The notes beneath the pieces were generated by a model, which searched no databases, was not told where the DNA came from, and saw only the letters and a program-made list of their open reading frames with translations. A DNA stretch of 64,000 bases from Muribaculaceae bacterium (GTDB taxonomy: Bacteria > Bacteroidota > Bacteroidia > Bacteroidales > Muribaculaceae), in NCBI GenBank assembly GCA_029051525.1, contig JAIDKG010000136.1, positions 3,569 to 67,568 on the forward strand. Reading direction: 5' to 3'. A program made the translations under genes and the position numbers. Positions 37,865 through 48,650 of the stretch are shown here, one piece after another; within the stretch, counting starts at the first letter, position 1; every line of letters begins with the position of its first letter.

Positions 37865-39343
37865 CTATTTTTTCCAGAAAGCCGGGGTGAAGATGAGCAG
37901 TATTGTGTAGAGTTCGAGTCGGCCTGTGAGCATAAGGAAAGATAGGAGCCATTTGGCGGTGTCGGCCACACCGGAGTAGTTGCCTTCGAGGCCGGTGATA
38001 TCTGTGCCGAGTCCGGTATTGCTCACCGCCGAGAGGGCGCAGAAGAAGCCATCTTTGAGCGGCAGCCCGCATATCATCAATCCGATTGCTCCGAGGATGA
38101 TGAGTATGATGTAGAGGAATAGGAAGGCCAGAGTGCGCATCACTACAGGCGAGGGTGTGCCTTTGCCATTGATTACCACGGTGCGGATGGCGTGGGGGTG
38201 CATCATGCGGTAGAATTCATTGCGCAGGAATTTACCAAGTATGATGAATCGGTCGATTTTGGCTCCACCCGATGTGCTGCCGGCGCATGCTCCCATCACC
38301 ATCATGATGATGAGCACGATTACGCTTACGGGTCCCCAGTCGTTGAAATCGGGTTCGGTAATACCGGTAGAGGAGAGTATCGACACGGCCTGGAAGAGAG
38401 GATCGATGGTATAGTCGGTCCAGTCGGAGCCCAGCCCGTTGAATGCGATATTGAGGGTGAATACGAGGAAACAGATCAGGATTATCCAGAGGTACATGCG
38501 GAGAGCCTCATTGTCGAAAAGGCCCTTCCACTGGCCATTGACGGCCTTGAAAATGAGAGAGAAATTCACACCCCCCAGAAACATGAAGATAGTCATGACG
38601 ATCTTGATGTAATTGCTGTCCCAGCGTCCGAGCGACATATCGGATGTGGCGAAACCACCGGTCGACATGGTGGATAGTCCGTAGCAGGCGGCGTCGAAAA
38701 GATCCATATCCGAGCAGAGCAGCAGTAGAAAGAGAAGGAATGTGAGGCAGATATATACCATCCAGAGACCCTTGGAGGTGTTGCCGATGCGAGGGCGGAG
38801 TTTGTCGTGGGTTATTCCGGTCACTTCGGCGTTGAAGAGCTGTATGCCGCCGCGGTAATTGAGCATCGGCACGATGGCCAGGGTGAAGAGTATTATTCCG
38901 AGACCTCCGATCCATTGGGCGATGCATCGCCATATCAGGATGGAGTGGGGCACACCGTCGAGAGTGTCGAGCACCGAGGCACCGGTGGTGGTGAAACCGC
39001 TCATAGTCTCGAAAAATGCGTCGGATACCGAGAAGTGAGTGCCGCATATCAGGAAGGGCAACATGCCGAAAAGCGACAGGATGACCCATGTGAGTCCGGT
39101 GAGCAGCACGGCTTCTCGCTTTCCCATTTCGCGCGAGCGGGGGCGGAGGCTCATCAGTCCGAATCCGCAGGTGGCGGTGATACCGATGCAGATCAGGAAA
39201 TGCAGAGCCGACCCCTCGCGATATAGCATCCCCACGAGGCAGGGTATAGTCATGATACCCGCCTCGGTGAGCAGGAGCCATCCGATCACGCGGAGCAGCA
39301 TCGGGAAATTGATATAGGCCTTATGTCGGAAGAATGTTGGCAC
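37865..39343 (-). CDS. trkH: TrkH potassium uptake membrane protein
   Basis: SGFTTTG, STGGF, GSTSGG, SNTGLG, GRLE; GTG start. Confidence 0.94.
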   Translation of the reverse strand: MPTFFRHKAYINFPMLLRVIGWLLLTEAGIMTIPCLVGMLYREGSALHFLICIGITATCGFGLMSLRPRSREMGKREAVLLTGLTWVILSLFGMLPFLICGTHFSVSDAFFETMSGFTTTGASVLDTLDGVPHSILIWRCIAQWIGGLGIILFTLAIVPMLNYRGGIQLFNAEVTGITHDKLRPRIGNTSKGLWMVYICLTFLLFLLLLCSDMDLFDAACYGLSTMSTGGFATSDMSLGRWDSNYIKIVMTIFMFLGGVNFSLIFKAVNGQWKGLFDNEALRMYLWIILICFLVFTLNIAFNGLGSDWTDYTIDPLFQAVSILSSTGITEPDFNDWGPVSVIVLIIMMVMGACAGSTSGGAKIDRFIILGKFLRNEFYRMMHPHAIRTVVINGKGTPSPVVMRTLAFLFLYIILIILGAIGLMICGLPLKDGFFCALSAVSNTGLGTDITGLEGNYSGVADTAKWLLSFLMLTGRLELYTILLIFTPAFWKK

Positions 39344-39355
39344 TTGGAAGTGAAA

Positions 39356-40690
39356 TCAGTTAAACCATTTCTCCACCTTCGAGAAGGTGCCGGTGAGGCA
39401 GAACACCACCACATAGTCGCCCGGCTCGATGCGGGTCATGCCGGAGATGAGTTCGCAGTTTTCTCCTCTCACCAGTGCGGCGAGGGTCATGCCGAACGGG
39501 AGGTGCAGGTCTTTGACCGGAGCACGGGTGATTTTGGAGTGGGGCTGCGCCTGCATTTCGGCCACCTCGGCATCGGCGAGCACGAGGAATTTGGCGTTGC
39601 TCTCGTCGGAATCCAGCAGGATTTTGAATATGCGTGAGGAGGCGAGGAGCTTCTTATTGAGGATTGTGCCGATGTTGAGGTTTTCGGCCTGGGAGAAGAA
39701 TTGTAGATTCTCCACATCGGCTATAGTCTTCGGCACACCGAATTCCTTGGCAGTGAGGCATGAAAGTATATTTGACTCCGAAGAATCGGTAAGAGCCAGA
39801 AAGGCGTCATACTGATAGATATTGTTCTCGCGGAGCACCTCGATATCGCGCGGGTCGCCGCATACCACCTCACAGTTGGGGAAACGGGTGGCGAAATCCT
39901 CACATATATTCCTGTCAGGCTCGATGATGCGCAGGTCGTATTTTTCGTTGTATAGCTGGGCGAATCGGGAAGTGATGCGGGAGGCACCGGCTATGAGGGC
40001 GCGTCGGATCACACGTTTTCGTTTTCCGCACAGTTCCCTCACCTCATTGATGTATGGAGGGGTGGTGATGAAATATACGATATCGTCCTGCTTGAGCGCA
40101 TCGTGGCCATTGGGGATGATAGTCTCGTTGTTGCGCTTGATGGCGGCCACATGGAAATCATGGCTCGAAGATGTGATATCCTTGAGCTGGACATCGATCA
40201 AGGAATTGTTGTCGCGGATTTTCACACCGATGAGCACCAGTCGGCCCCCATGGAGTTCACCCCAGTATCGGGCCCAGTTGTGCGACATGGCCAGGTCGAT
40301 TTCGCCGGCTGCGAGATTCTCCGGATAGATCAGGAAGTCGGCCCCGACCTCCTTGAGAATGCGTCCGTTCTCCGGTTTGAGGAATTCCGAATTGTCGATA
40401 CGCGCCACAGTCTTCTTGGCGCCCAGGCGCTTGGCTATGGAGCAGGAGGTGATGTTGCGGGTCTCGAAGGGTGTCACGGCGATATATAGGTCGCATTCAT
40501 CCACTCCCACCTCCCGGAGGGTGCTGAAAGAGGATGTGCTGCCGTTGTAGGTCATCAGATTGTAGTTGCTGTCGATGGCGTCGAGTTTGGTCTGTTCGCT
40601 ATCGAGCAAAATGATGTCCTGATCTTCGTTGGAGAGCATTTTGGCCAGATGAGTGCCTACTTCTCCGGCACCGGCAATAATTATTTTCAT
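39356..40690 (-). CDS. trkA: TrkA potassium uptake RCK subunit
   Basis: MKIIIAGAGEVG, two RCK-N/RCK-C pairs; start overlaps the dxs stop. Confidence 0.95.
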   Translation of the reverse strand: MKIIIAGAGEVGTHLAKMLSNEDQDIILLDSEQTKLDAIDSNYNLMTYNGSTSSFSTLREVGVDECDLYIAVTPFETRNITSCSIAKRLGAKKTVARIDNSEFLKPENGRILKEVGADFLIYPENLAAGEIDLAMSHNWARYWGELHGGRLVLIGVKIRDNNSLIDVQLKDITSSSHDFHVAAIKRNNETIIPNGHDALKQDDIVYFITTPPYINEVRELCGKRKRVIRRALIAGASRITSRFAQLYNEKYDLRIIEPDRNICEDFATRFPNCEVVCGDPRDIEVLRENNIYQYDAFLALTDSSESNILSCLTAKEFGVPKTIADVENLQFFSQAENLNIGTILNKKLLASSRIFKILLDSDESNAKFLVLADAEVAEMQAQPHSKITRAPVKDLHLPFGMTLAALVRGENCELISGMTRIEPGDYVVVFCLTGTFSKVEKWFN

Positions 40691-42723
40691 ATGGCGGGCT
40701 CGATATTTGCGGTTACGAGCTGTGAGATCGAGTTGGCGTCGATTCCGGCTATGGCGCGCAGCTGGGCCACAGAGCCCTGAGCTATCCATTGGTCGGGGAT
40801 GCCGGCTGAGATATGGCGCGGAGCCTTTGCTTCGGGGTGGGCGGCCTGTCGGGCTTCGAGCCATTCACCCACTGCCGAACCGAAACCACCCTTCAGAGCG
40901 CCGTCCTCGATGGTGATGATCAGATCGTGGCCGGCGGCCACCTGCTCCAGCAGGTCTGTGTCGAGGGGTTTGAGCCAGATCATATCATAGTGAGATGCCT
41001 TGATACCCTTTTCGGCCAGAATTCTGACGGCCTCGGCCGCCTCATTGCCGATTTCACCGATAGAGAGTAGAGCCACACGTGCCTCCGGAGTGCGGGTCAC
41101 GATGCGGCCACACCCTATGGTGAGCGGGGCGGGTGCGGCCGGAGTCTCTGTTTCGGCCGGAGCCTTGCCGCGCGGATATCGTATGGCCATCGGTCCCTGA
41201 TGGCGCGAGGCTGTGAGCATGAGATTCCGCAGGGTGGGGGCATCCATAGGAGCGGCCACAGTCATATTGGGTATGCAGCGCAGATACACCAGGTCGAAGA
41301 GTCCGTGATGAGTCACACCATCCTCACCCACCAGGCCTGCGCGGTCGATGCAGAATGTCACCGGGAGATTCTGTATGCACACATCATGGATTATATTGTC
41401 GTAGGCACGCTGCAGGAATGAGGAGTAGATTGCCACAAACGGATGTTTTCCGGCTGCGGCCAGTCCGCCGGCGAAGGTCACAGCGTGTCCTTCCGAAATG
41501 CCCACATCGAAAGCCCTTTTGGGAAATGCTTTCAGCATTCGTATCATGGATGTGCCCGATGGCATGGCGGCCGTGATTCCCACAATCTCGGGATTGTCGG
41601 CAGCCAGACTGACGATATATTTTCCGAACACCTCCTGCCAGAGTTCGCGGTTGTCGGAGCTTCCCTTGATTCGTTGGCCGGTGGCGGCGCAGAATTTGCC
41701 GGGAGCGTGCCATGTGGTCGGATCGGCCTCCGCCTGATGGTATCCTTTACCCTTGGTGGTGTGCAGATGCAGAATGCGCGGACCCTTCATATCCTTGATT
41801 TCCTGAAGCACCTTCACCACCTTGTTGACATCATTACCGTCGAAGGGGCCGAAATAGCGGATGTTGAGTCCTTCAAAAATATTCTGCTGGCGCGACACGA
41901 GAGATTTCACGGAATTATTGAAACGCAGAATCAGCCCCTTCCCCCGGTCGCCGATATATCCTTTGGTGCGGAAAAAGTCGTAGATCTTTTTCCGGGCGCG
42001 GTTGTAGCGCAGCGATGTGGATAGTGCCGACAGATATTTATGCAGCGAACCCACATTTGAGTCGATACTCATCTCATTGTCGTTGAGGATGATGAGCAGG
42101 TCGTTGGGATTATTGGCGGCATTGTTGAGACCCTCGAAGGCGAGTCCGCCGCTGATAGAGGCGTCGCCGATCAGGGCCACTGTCTTGCGTTGCTCATGTC
42201 CGGGGGTGAGTTTGTCGGCGATAGCCATGCCGAGGGCGGCCGAGATAGAGTTGGAGGCATGTCCGGCCATGAAAGTATCATAGGCCGACTCCGTGGGGTT
42301 GGGGAAACCGCTGAGTCCGCCGAGGGTGCGCTGGGTCTTGAAGAGGTCGCGCCGGCCGGTGAGGAGCTTATGGGCATAAGCCTGATGGCCCACATCGTAG
42401 ACGATGCGGTCGTCGGGCGTATTGAATACGTAGTGCAGAGCCACGATTATATCCACGGCCCCCATGCTCGAGGCGAAATGGCCGGGATTCTCAGCGAGGG
42501 TATCGATCAGGAAAGAGCGGAGCTCCGCGCATACCTGAGGGAGCTGCTCGGGGGAGAGCAGCCGCAGGTCGGCCGGCGAGTTAATACGCGCCAACAGCGT
42601 GGGCACTCCGCTTCCGGCATCAGAGGGGAGGGAGTCGGGGAGAAATTGGGCGTATGAGCCGAATGCTGATTCCTCTACTTCTTCTTTCGATTGGCCAGAA
42701 TCGGCTGCAGGTATCTCTTCCAT
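40687..42723 (-). CDS. dxs: 1-deoxy-D-xylulose-5-phosphate synthase
   Basis: DVGHQAYAHK, GDASISGG...NDN, DVGISEGHA, YSSFLQR, DRAG, IRYPRG; exact start uncertain. Confidence 0.96.
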   Translation of the reverse strand: MEEIPAADSGQSKEEVEESAFGSYAQFLPDSLPSDAGSGVPTLLARINSPADLRLLSPEQLPQVCAELRSFLIDTLAENPGHFASSMGAVDIIVALHYVFNTPDDRIVYDVGHQAYAHKLLTGRRDLFKTQRTLGGLSGFPNPTESAYDTFMAGHASNSISAALGMAIADKLTPGHEQRKTVALIGDASISGGLAFEGLNNAANNPNDLLIILNDNEMSIDSNVGSLHKYLSALSTSLRYNRARKKIYDFFRTKGYIGDRGKGLILRFNNSVKSLVSRQQNIFEGLNIRYFGPFDGNDVNKVVKVLQEIKDMKGPRILHLHTTKGKGYHQAEADPTTWHAPGKFCAATGQRIKGSSDNRELWQEVFGKYIVSLAADNPEIVGITAAMPSGTSMIRMLKAFPKRAFDVGISEGHAVTFAGGLAAAGKHPFVAIYSSFLQRAYDNIIHDVCIQNLPVTFCIDRAGLVGEDGVTHHGLFDLVYLRCIPNMTVAAPMDAPTLRNLMLTASRHQGPMAIRYPRGKAPAETETPAAPAPLTIGCGRIVTRTPEARVALLSIGEIGNEAAEAVRILAEKGIKASHYDMIWLKPLDTDLLEQVAAGHDLIITIEDGALKGGFGSAVGEWLEARQAAHPEAKAPRHISAGIPDQWIAQGSVAQLRAIAGIDANSISQLVTANIEPAI

Positions 42724-42893
42724 AGGGGTACGAATATGATTATTCCCGAGGCAGCGGCTAAGAAGATATTCTTCAGATCCACACCACCGCGCGAGAAAAG
42801 CATGTAGACCAGCCAAACCCATATGAGAGCCAATAAGATAAGGCCGGCAATCTTTCCCGAGTCGGTGCCTGAGGTGGAATTATTGCGTTTCAT
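42675..42893 (-). CDS. Small two-TM membrane protein
   Basis: 72 aa from MKRNN, two hydrophobic segments, basic tail; lies between a promoter-like TAATTTCG and dxs. Confidence 0.6.
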   Translation of the reverse strand: MKRNNSTSGTDSGKIAGLILLALIWVWLVYMLFSRGGVDLKNIFLAAASGIIIFVPLWKRYLQPILANRKKK

Positions 42894-43051
42894 TGATGCG
42901 AAATTAGCAAAAATCTCTGAAATTATCGGCATAAATTGTCAAATTCTTACTATCTTTGCAGTCAGAAGCGGGTGCCCGGGCTCTGTTTCCCCTTAATGAG
43001 GGGGGAGGAGAGGCAGGTGCCCGCCAGCCTACACCATGCATACCATAGCTG

Positions 43052-44077
43052 ATGAAATTCCGAGCCTACACTACGTTATATACATTGGGAGTGGCGCTTG
43101 TACTGGCGCTCCTATGTGGGTGCCGGCGCGCTCATGAGCAGGCGCAGCCTGTGATAGAGTCTCCTCCCACCGAAATGCCCGACACGCTGGCGGTCGAGCC
43201 TGAGCCGGAACCGGAGCAGGCTCCCGTGGTGCTTACAGATACCGATTCGATACTCGCAGCGATAGAGCGGTCGGCCGATCGCGACCGATATATGGCCGGT
43301 ATTCTTCCGCAGATGGCGCGCGATGTGCCGGAATATGCCGGAAAGTTGCTCGCCAATGAGGAGGAGGGCTTTCTGATAGTCGACAAGGCCACTATGAAAC
43401 TCTACCGCTACGACCGCTACGGTGTGGAGCAGGAGAGGGTAGGGGTGGCTGTGGCCAAGCCTTATGGCTCGAAGCATAAACGTCGCGACAACCGCACCCC
43501 CGAGGGGTATTTCACCATCGAGGGGATTTACGATTCGACCGATTGGCTTTATACCGACGACGACGGCAATACCTCACAGGTGAAGGGGCAGTTCGGGCCG
43601 CGCTTCATGCGGCTGCGCACCCCCGTGTCGTCGCAGATCGGCATTCATGGCACCGTGGCACCCTGGAGCATAGGGGGGCGCCGCTCGCATGGCTGTATAC
43701 GCATGACCAACGAAAATATTCTCCGCTTTGCCGAGATCTGCCGTCCCGGCTGGCCGGTAATCGTGTCGCCCGGACCGAAGGATATGAGGGTCAACGAGGA
43801 TGAAGGCTACGACATCCCCTCGGTGCCCGTGATACCCGGACGCCCGCGCTGCAAAGCCGGCAAACCGGTGCCCCCGGTGAGTGAAACCACCGGCAGCAGC
43901 CCCGACTCCGATACCTTGACGCTCCCCGACCAGGGCAGCACTACCGAAAGTGCGGCCGCAGGCGGCGAAACTATCGAGGTGGAAAGCGTGGCTGCCGACA
44001 CCACAGCACTTCCGGCCGCACCCTCGCGTGAGGAGCAGCCGACCGACCCGGATCCGGCCGATCCAATGTTCAATTGA
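43052..44077 (+). CDS. L,D-transpeptidase (YkuD) lipoprotein
   Basis: Lipobox-like LLCGC; RTPEG; IGIHG...SHGCIR catalytic motif; TATCTTTG promoter at 42951-42958. Confidence 0.9.
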   Translation: MKFRAYTTLYTLGVALVLALLCGCRRAHEQAQPVIESPPTEMPDTLAVEPEPEPEQAPVVLTDTDSILAAIERSADRDRYMAGILPQMARDVPEYAGKLLANEEEGFLIVDKATMKLYRYDRYGVEQERVGVAVAKPYGSKHKRRDNRTPEGYFTIEGIYDSTDWLYTDDDGNTSQVKGQFGPRFMRLRTPVSSQIGIHGTVAPWSIGGRRSHGCIRMTNENILRFAEICRPGWPVIVSPGPKDMRVNEDEGYDIPSVPVIPGRPRCKAGKPVPPVSETTGSSPDSDTLTLPDQGSTTESAAAGGETIEVESVAADTTALPAAPSREEQPTDPDPADPMFN

Positions 44078-44085
44078 AACTGACA

Positions 44086-46938
44086 ATGACCGACAACAGA
44101 CAATCCCGCAGATATGATGATACATACAGCCCCGTATTCGATTTAATCGATGAGGAGGCACGTGAGAATCCCCCCCTCGAGCCACTGCCCGAGATGCCCA
44201 AAGAGGAGCCACGCCAGGCTCCGCGCGGCAAGGGGCGCAATCTAAAACCGGTGAGCCGCCGCTCAAAGCAGGCCGCCACTGAGAAGCAGACCGCTTCTCC
44301 CAGACAGCGTCAGGCTCGCAGTGAGTCGAAAGTGGTCGAAGCCAAGACTTCGGTGGTCGATGCATGGCAGCGCGTGAAGAGCGCCCTCACATCACAGACC
44401 ACCTGCTGGCTGCTGGGTATATTCGTGGGTGGATTTGCAGTGTATATGCTGGTGGCATTCATATCCTATTTTGCCCATTGCATCGAGGATCAGGCGGCTA
44501 TCGCCAACACTGCCGTGGGTTCGCTCCCGAAGGTAGGCAATTCGGGTGGTGAAGGTGGCGCGCGGCTCTCGGAATTGCTTATCAATGAGTCGTTTGGTCT
44601 TGGATCATTTGTGCTTATAGTATGGCTGATCGCCATTTCTCTAAAGTTGCTCAGCGGCTGGCCGCGCTTCAAGACGGTAAATTTCACCATCAAGTGTCTG
44701 GTGGCGCTTATCACCGTGTCGCTGATTATCGGTCTGCTCACCATTTCGCTCGATTCGGGTGTGAACTGGGGTGGATACCATGGCCGGTATGTGAATGAAT
44801 TTGTGGTGGGTTTCGCCGGTTGGTCGGGTGCCGTGATACTATGTCTGGTGCTTGTGGCCACCTTCTTTGTGATCTGTCTGCGCGATTTTGTCAACTGGAT
44901 ACTCCGCAAGCGGGCCCAGATTGCCGAGAAGCGCCGCGAGGCCGCCGAACTGAAGGCCGAGCGCCTGCGCCGCGAACGTGAAATCGAGGAGATGCGCCAC
45001 CGCGAACGCATGGATGCCATCCGCGCCGGTGAGGAGAAAGCTGCCGAAGAGGTCGATACCGATGAGAGTGTGGTGACCTTCTCGGCCGATGACTCATCGG
45101 TAGATTCCACAATCGAAAGCTATGAGATTGAGGATGAAGACTACGACGCTCACTATTCTCCCTATATGCCGCAGCCGGCTGCTGAGGCTCCGGCTGCTGC
45201 GGCTCCGGCTGCTGAAGCCGCTCCGGTGGTTGCCGCTCCCGAGGCTGTGGGCTCCCCTCTTGCCGGGGCAGATGATGGGAGCAATCAGGCTGAGGCACCG
45301 ATTGTGGATGAACTGCCGGCCGATGCTTCGGCTGAAGATCCGCAGGATGCTCCCGATCCGATTGATGAGGATATGGAGATGGTGGTCAATGTCAATACTA
45401 TATCTCAGGCCGACCCCCGCGCTGTGCGTCAGGGTGCAGCCCCCACGCAAGGCTCGATACGCCATCTCTACAAATTCCCCTCACCGCTGCTGCTGCGCGA
45501 GGTGGAGGAGAAGACAAGTGTGGATATCGAGGAGCAGCAGGCCAATAAGGAGCGCATACGGGAGACTCTCAAATACCACGGCATACCGATCACCAGTATC
45601 GAGGCTACCGTAGGCCCGACGGTGACACTATATGAGATTCGTCCCGGTCAGGGTATCAAGATCTCGAAGATCAAGAATCTTGCAGATGATATCGCTCTGT
45701 CGCTGGCTGCGAAGGGTGTGCGTATCATCGCGCCGATCCCGGGGCGTGGCACTGTGGGTATCGAGGTGGCCAACAGCGACCCGCAGACCGTGTCGATGCG
45801 CTCCATCATCATGAGCCGCAAATATAATGAGTCGAACTATAAACTCCCGGTGGCCATCGGCTCCACAATCGGCAACGATGTGTATATGGCCGACCTCACC
45901 AAGATGCCTCACCTGCTCGTGGCCGGTGCTACGGGTCAGGGTAAGTCGGTGGGTCTGAACGCTATCATAGCATCGTTGTTATATAAGAAGCGTCCCGACG
46001 AATTGAAATTCGTGATGATCGACCCGAAGGAGGTGGAATTCTCGCTCTATGCCAAGATCGAGCAGCATTATCTTGCCAAACTCGATGATTCTGACGCGAT
46101 TGTGACCGATATGACGAAGGTGGTGGATGTGCTCAACTCCCTCTGCGTGGAGATGGACAACCGCTACAAACTGCTCCGCGCCGCGCAGGTGCGCAATATC
46201 GAGGAGTATAACGGCAAGCTCTCGCAGAATCTCCTCCGTGAAGATGAGGGACATCGCTTCATGCCGTATATAGTGCTGGTGGTCGATGAGTTTGCCGACC
46301 TTATCATGACAGCCGGCAAGGAGGTGGAGACCCCGATAGCCCGTCTGGCTCAGAAGGCGCGTGCGATAGGCATCCATGTCATCATCGCCACACAGCGCCC
46401 GTCGACCAATGTGATTACGGGTATCATCAAGGCCAACTTCCCGGTGCGTATCGCCTTCAAGGTGTCGTCGGGTATCGACTCGAAGACTATCCTCGACTCT
46501 ACAGGGGCGCAGGCGCTCATAGGTCGCGGTGATATGCTGATAAGCTATAATTCCGACATGGTGCGTGTGCAGTGCGCATTTATCGACACCCCCGAGGTGG
46601 AGGCTATCTGCGAATACATCGGTCGGCAGCCATTCAATGCCGGACCCTATATACTGCCCGAGCCTCTCACTGCCGCCGATGGCGATGGTGGAGGCGCGCA
46701 GATGGCCGGCGGCGAACTCGATCCCCTCTTCGAGGATGTGGCAGAGCTCGTGGTCACTTCGGGTGTGGGAAGCACATCCGGCATACAGCGCCGCTACTCG
46801 ATAGGCTACAATCGCGCCGGCAAGATTATGGATCAGCTGGAGCATTATGGTGTGGTGGGTCCGTCGTTCGGAGGTAAGCCGCGGCAGGTGCTTATGGATA
46901 TGTACGGGCTCCAGGAACTGCTCCGAAATCTACACTGA
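44086..46938 (+). CDS. ftsK: DNA translocase FtsK
   Basis: 4TM domain, MPHLLVAGATGQGKS, DEFADL, ATQRPS, gamma domain IQRRYSIGYNRA. Confidence 0.97.
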   Translation: MTDNRQSRRYDDTYSPVFDLIDEEARENPPLEPLPEMPKEEPRQAPRGKGRNLKPVSRRSKQAATEKQTASPRQRQARSESKVVEAKTSVVDAWQRVKSALTSQTTCWLLGIFVGGFAVYMLVAFISYFAHCIEDQAAIANTAVGSLPKVGNSGGEGGARLSELLINESFGLGSFVLIVWLIAISLKLLSGWPRFKTVNFTIKCLVALITVSLIIGLLTISLDSGVNWGGYHGRYVNEFVVGFAGWSGAVILCLVLVATFFVICLRDFVNWILRKRAQIAEKRREAAELKAERLRREREIEEMRHRERMDAIRAGEEKAAEEVDTDESVVTFSADDSSVDSTIESYEIEDEDYDAHYSPYMPQPAAEAPAAAAPAAEAAPVVAAPEAVGSPLAGADDGSNQAEAPIVDELPADASAEDPQDAPDPIDEDMEMVVNVNTISQADPRAVRQGAAPTQGSIRHLYKFPSPLLLREVEEKTSVDIEEQQANKERIRETLKYHGIPITSIEATVGPTVTLYEIRPGQGIKISKIKNLADDIALSLAAKGVRIIAPIPGRGTVGIEVANSDPQTVSMRSIIMSRKYNESNYKLPVAIGSTIGNDVYMADLTKMPHLLVAGATGQGKSVGLNAIIASLLYKKRPDELKFVMIDPKEVEFSLYAKIEQHYLAKLDDSDAIVTDMTKVVDVLNSLCVEMDNRYKLLRAAQVRNIEEYNGKLSQNLLREDEGHRFMPYIVLVVDEFADLIMTAGKEVETPIARLAQKARAIGIHVIIATQRPSTNVITGIIKANFPVRIAFKVSSGIDSKTILDSTGAQALIGRGDMLISYNSDMVRVQCAFIDTPEVEAICEYIGRQPFNAGPYILPEPLTAADGDGGGAQMAGGELDPLFEDVAELVVTSGVGSTSGIQRRYSIGYNRAGKIMDQLEHYGVVGPSFGGKPRQVLMDMYGLQELLRNLH

Positions 46939-46939
46939 T

Positions 46940-47584
46940 ATGAAAATGAATATGACCTCTACTCGTAGATCACTCTCTCCCCGCCGGGTGTGGCTCATGC
47001 TCCTTATGAGTATGCTCTGTATCGGCACCGCTATTGCGGCCACACCGGCCGAGCAATTGCACGATGCGGCCGCCCGGCTCAACAAGGCGAAAAGTATCAC
47101 GGCCGGTTTTGTGATATCCTCCGGCGGTGCGAAAGCCGAGGGCACCATCACCACCAAAGGGAGGAAATTTGCGATTATCACACCGCAGAGTTCCACATGG
47201 TATGACGGGGCGGCTATTACCGTCTACAATCCCGCGAGCCGCGAAGCCACAGTGTGGACCCCCACACCGGCCGAACTTGCCGAATCGAATCCCCTCCTCT
47301 ATCTCTCTACGGCGGGGAATTATAATGTGACGGCCGGCACCGGCGGAGGCAAGGGTGAACGGGTGCTGCTGCTTACCCCCAAGCGACGCGGAGGGAGTGT
47401 GAAGTCAATCCGACTCGTGCTCGGCGCCACTGATATGCTGCCGCGCAGCATGCGCATCACCACCGGCTCCGGCACGACCGACATCACCATCCGCAATCTG
47501 CGCCTCAACCCGGCTGTGGCCGATGCCACATTCCTTTTCCCTCGATCCAAATACCCGAAAGCGGTGGTCACCGATCTCCGGTAA
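46940..47584 (+). CDS. lolA: LolA-like outer membrane lipoprotein carrier
   Basis: Signal peptide, WYDG, NP motif, C-terminal TDLR; conserved position after ftsK. Confidence 0.8.
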   Translation: MKMNMTSTRRSLSPRRVWLMLLMSMLCIGTAIAATPAEQLHDAAARLNKAKSITAGFVISSGGAKAEGTITTKGRKFAIITPQSSTWYDGAAITVYNPASREATVWTPTPAELAESNPLLYLSTAGNYNVTAGTGGGKGERVLLLTPKRRGGSVKSIRLVLGATDMLPRSMRITTGSGTTDITIRNLRLNPAVADATFLFPRSKYPKAVVTDLR

Positions 47585-47692
47585 TTATCGCAGACTCTCC
47601 GAGGAGAGGATTCCTCACCTTTCTTCTCAGCCTCTCTGCTCACAATCCTAATTGAAAGAATCATAACTCAAAAACTATAAATCTAAACTATC

Positions 47693-48634
47693 ATGGAAGA
47701 GAAAACCGTAAAAGTGTTGATTATCGGTTCCGGCCCCGCCGGTTATACCGCAGGAATATACTCCTCCCGCGCCAATCTGAACCCCGTGATCTACGAGGGT
47801 AATCAGCCCGGCGGACAGCTCACCCAGACTACTGAAATCGAGAACTTCCCCGGCTATCCCGAGGGTGTCCAGGGCCCGGAGATGATGGATCAGATCCGTC
47901 AGCAGGCTCTCCGTTTCGGTGCTGAAATCGTGTCGAAGACAATCGCCGAGGTTGATTTCTCCAAGCGTCCGTTCCGCTGCGTCGATGAGGATGGCAATGC
48001 CATCTATGCCGAGACAGTGATCGTGAGCACCGGAGCTTCGGCCAAGTATCTCGGTCTGGCCGATGAGGAGAAATACCGTGGCCTCGGTGTGAGCGCCTGC
48101 GCCACATGCGACGGCTTCTTCTACCGCAAGAAGGTGGTGGCCGTGGTGGGTGGCGGCGATACCGCCTGCGAGGAGGCTCTCTACCTCTCCACACTGGCCC
48201 GCAAAGTATATCTGATTGTGCGCAAGGATTATCTGCGTGCATCGGAGGTGATGCAGAAGCGTGTGCGCGACAGAGAGAACATCGAGATCCTCTTCAACAC
48301 CAACACCGTAGGCCTCTTTGGCGAAGATGGTGTGGAGGGTGCGAAGGTCGTGGAGTTCAAGGGCACCGACAAGGAGCGAGTGTTCGACATCGAAATCGAC
48401 GGCTTCTTCCTGGCTATCGGCCATAAGCCCAACACCGATATCTTCCGCGGTCAGCTCGACATGGATGCCGAAGGCTATCTGCTGACAGCCGCACCGACCA
48501 CCCGCACCAATGTGGAGGGTGTATTCGCTGCCGGCGACTGTGCCGACCCCATCTACCGTCAGGCCGTATCGGCTGCCGGCACCGGTTGCCGCGCCGCGCT
48601 CGACGCCGAGCGCTTCCTGATGGAACACTCCTGA
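47693..48634 (+). CDS. trxB: Thioredoxin-disulfide reductase
   Basis: GSGPAG, CATC, GGGDTA, FAAGD. Confidence 0.97.
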   Translation: MEEKTVKVLIIGSGPAGYTAGIYSSRANLNPVIYEGNQPGGQLTQTTEIENFPGYPEGVQGPEMMDQIRQQALRFGAEIVSKTIAEVDFSKRPFRCVDEDGNAIYAETVIVSTGASAKYLGLADEEKYRGLGVSACATCDGFFYRKKVVAVVGGGDTACEEALYLSTLARKVYLIVRKDYLRASEVMQKRVRDRENIEILFNTNTVGLFGEDGVEGAKVVEFKGTDKERVFDIEIDGFFLAIGHKPNTDIFRGQLDMDAEGYLLTAAPTTRTNVEGVFAAGDCADPIYRQAVSAAGTGCRAALDAERFLMEHS

Positions 48635-48650
48635 AAATAACCCGACTACT

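Noticed and set aside
45172-45240. 15-bp CCGGCTGCTGNGGCT repeats in ftsK
   Set aside because: An ordinary Pro/Ala-rich FtsK linker
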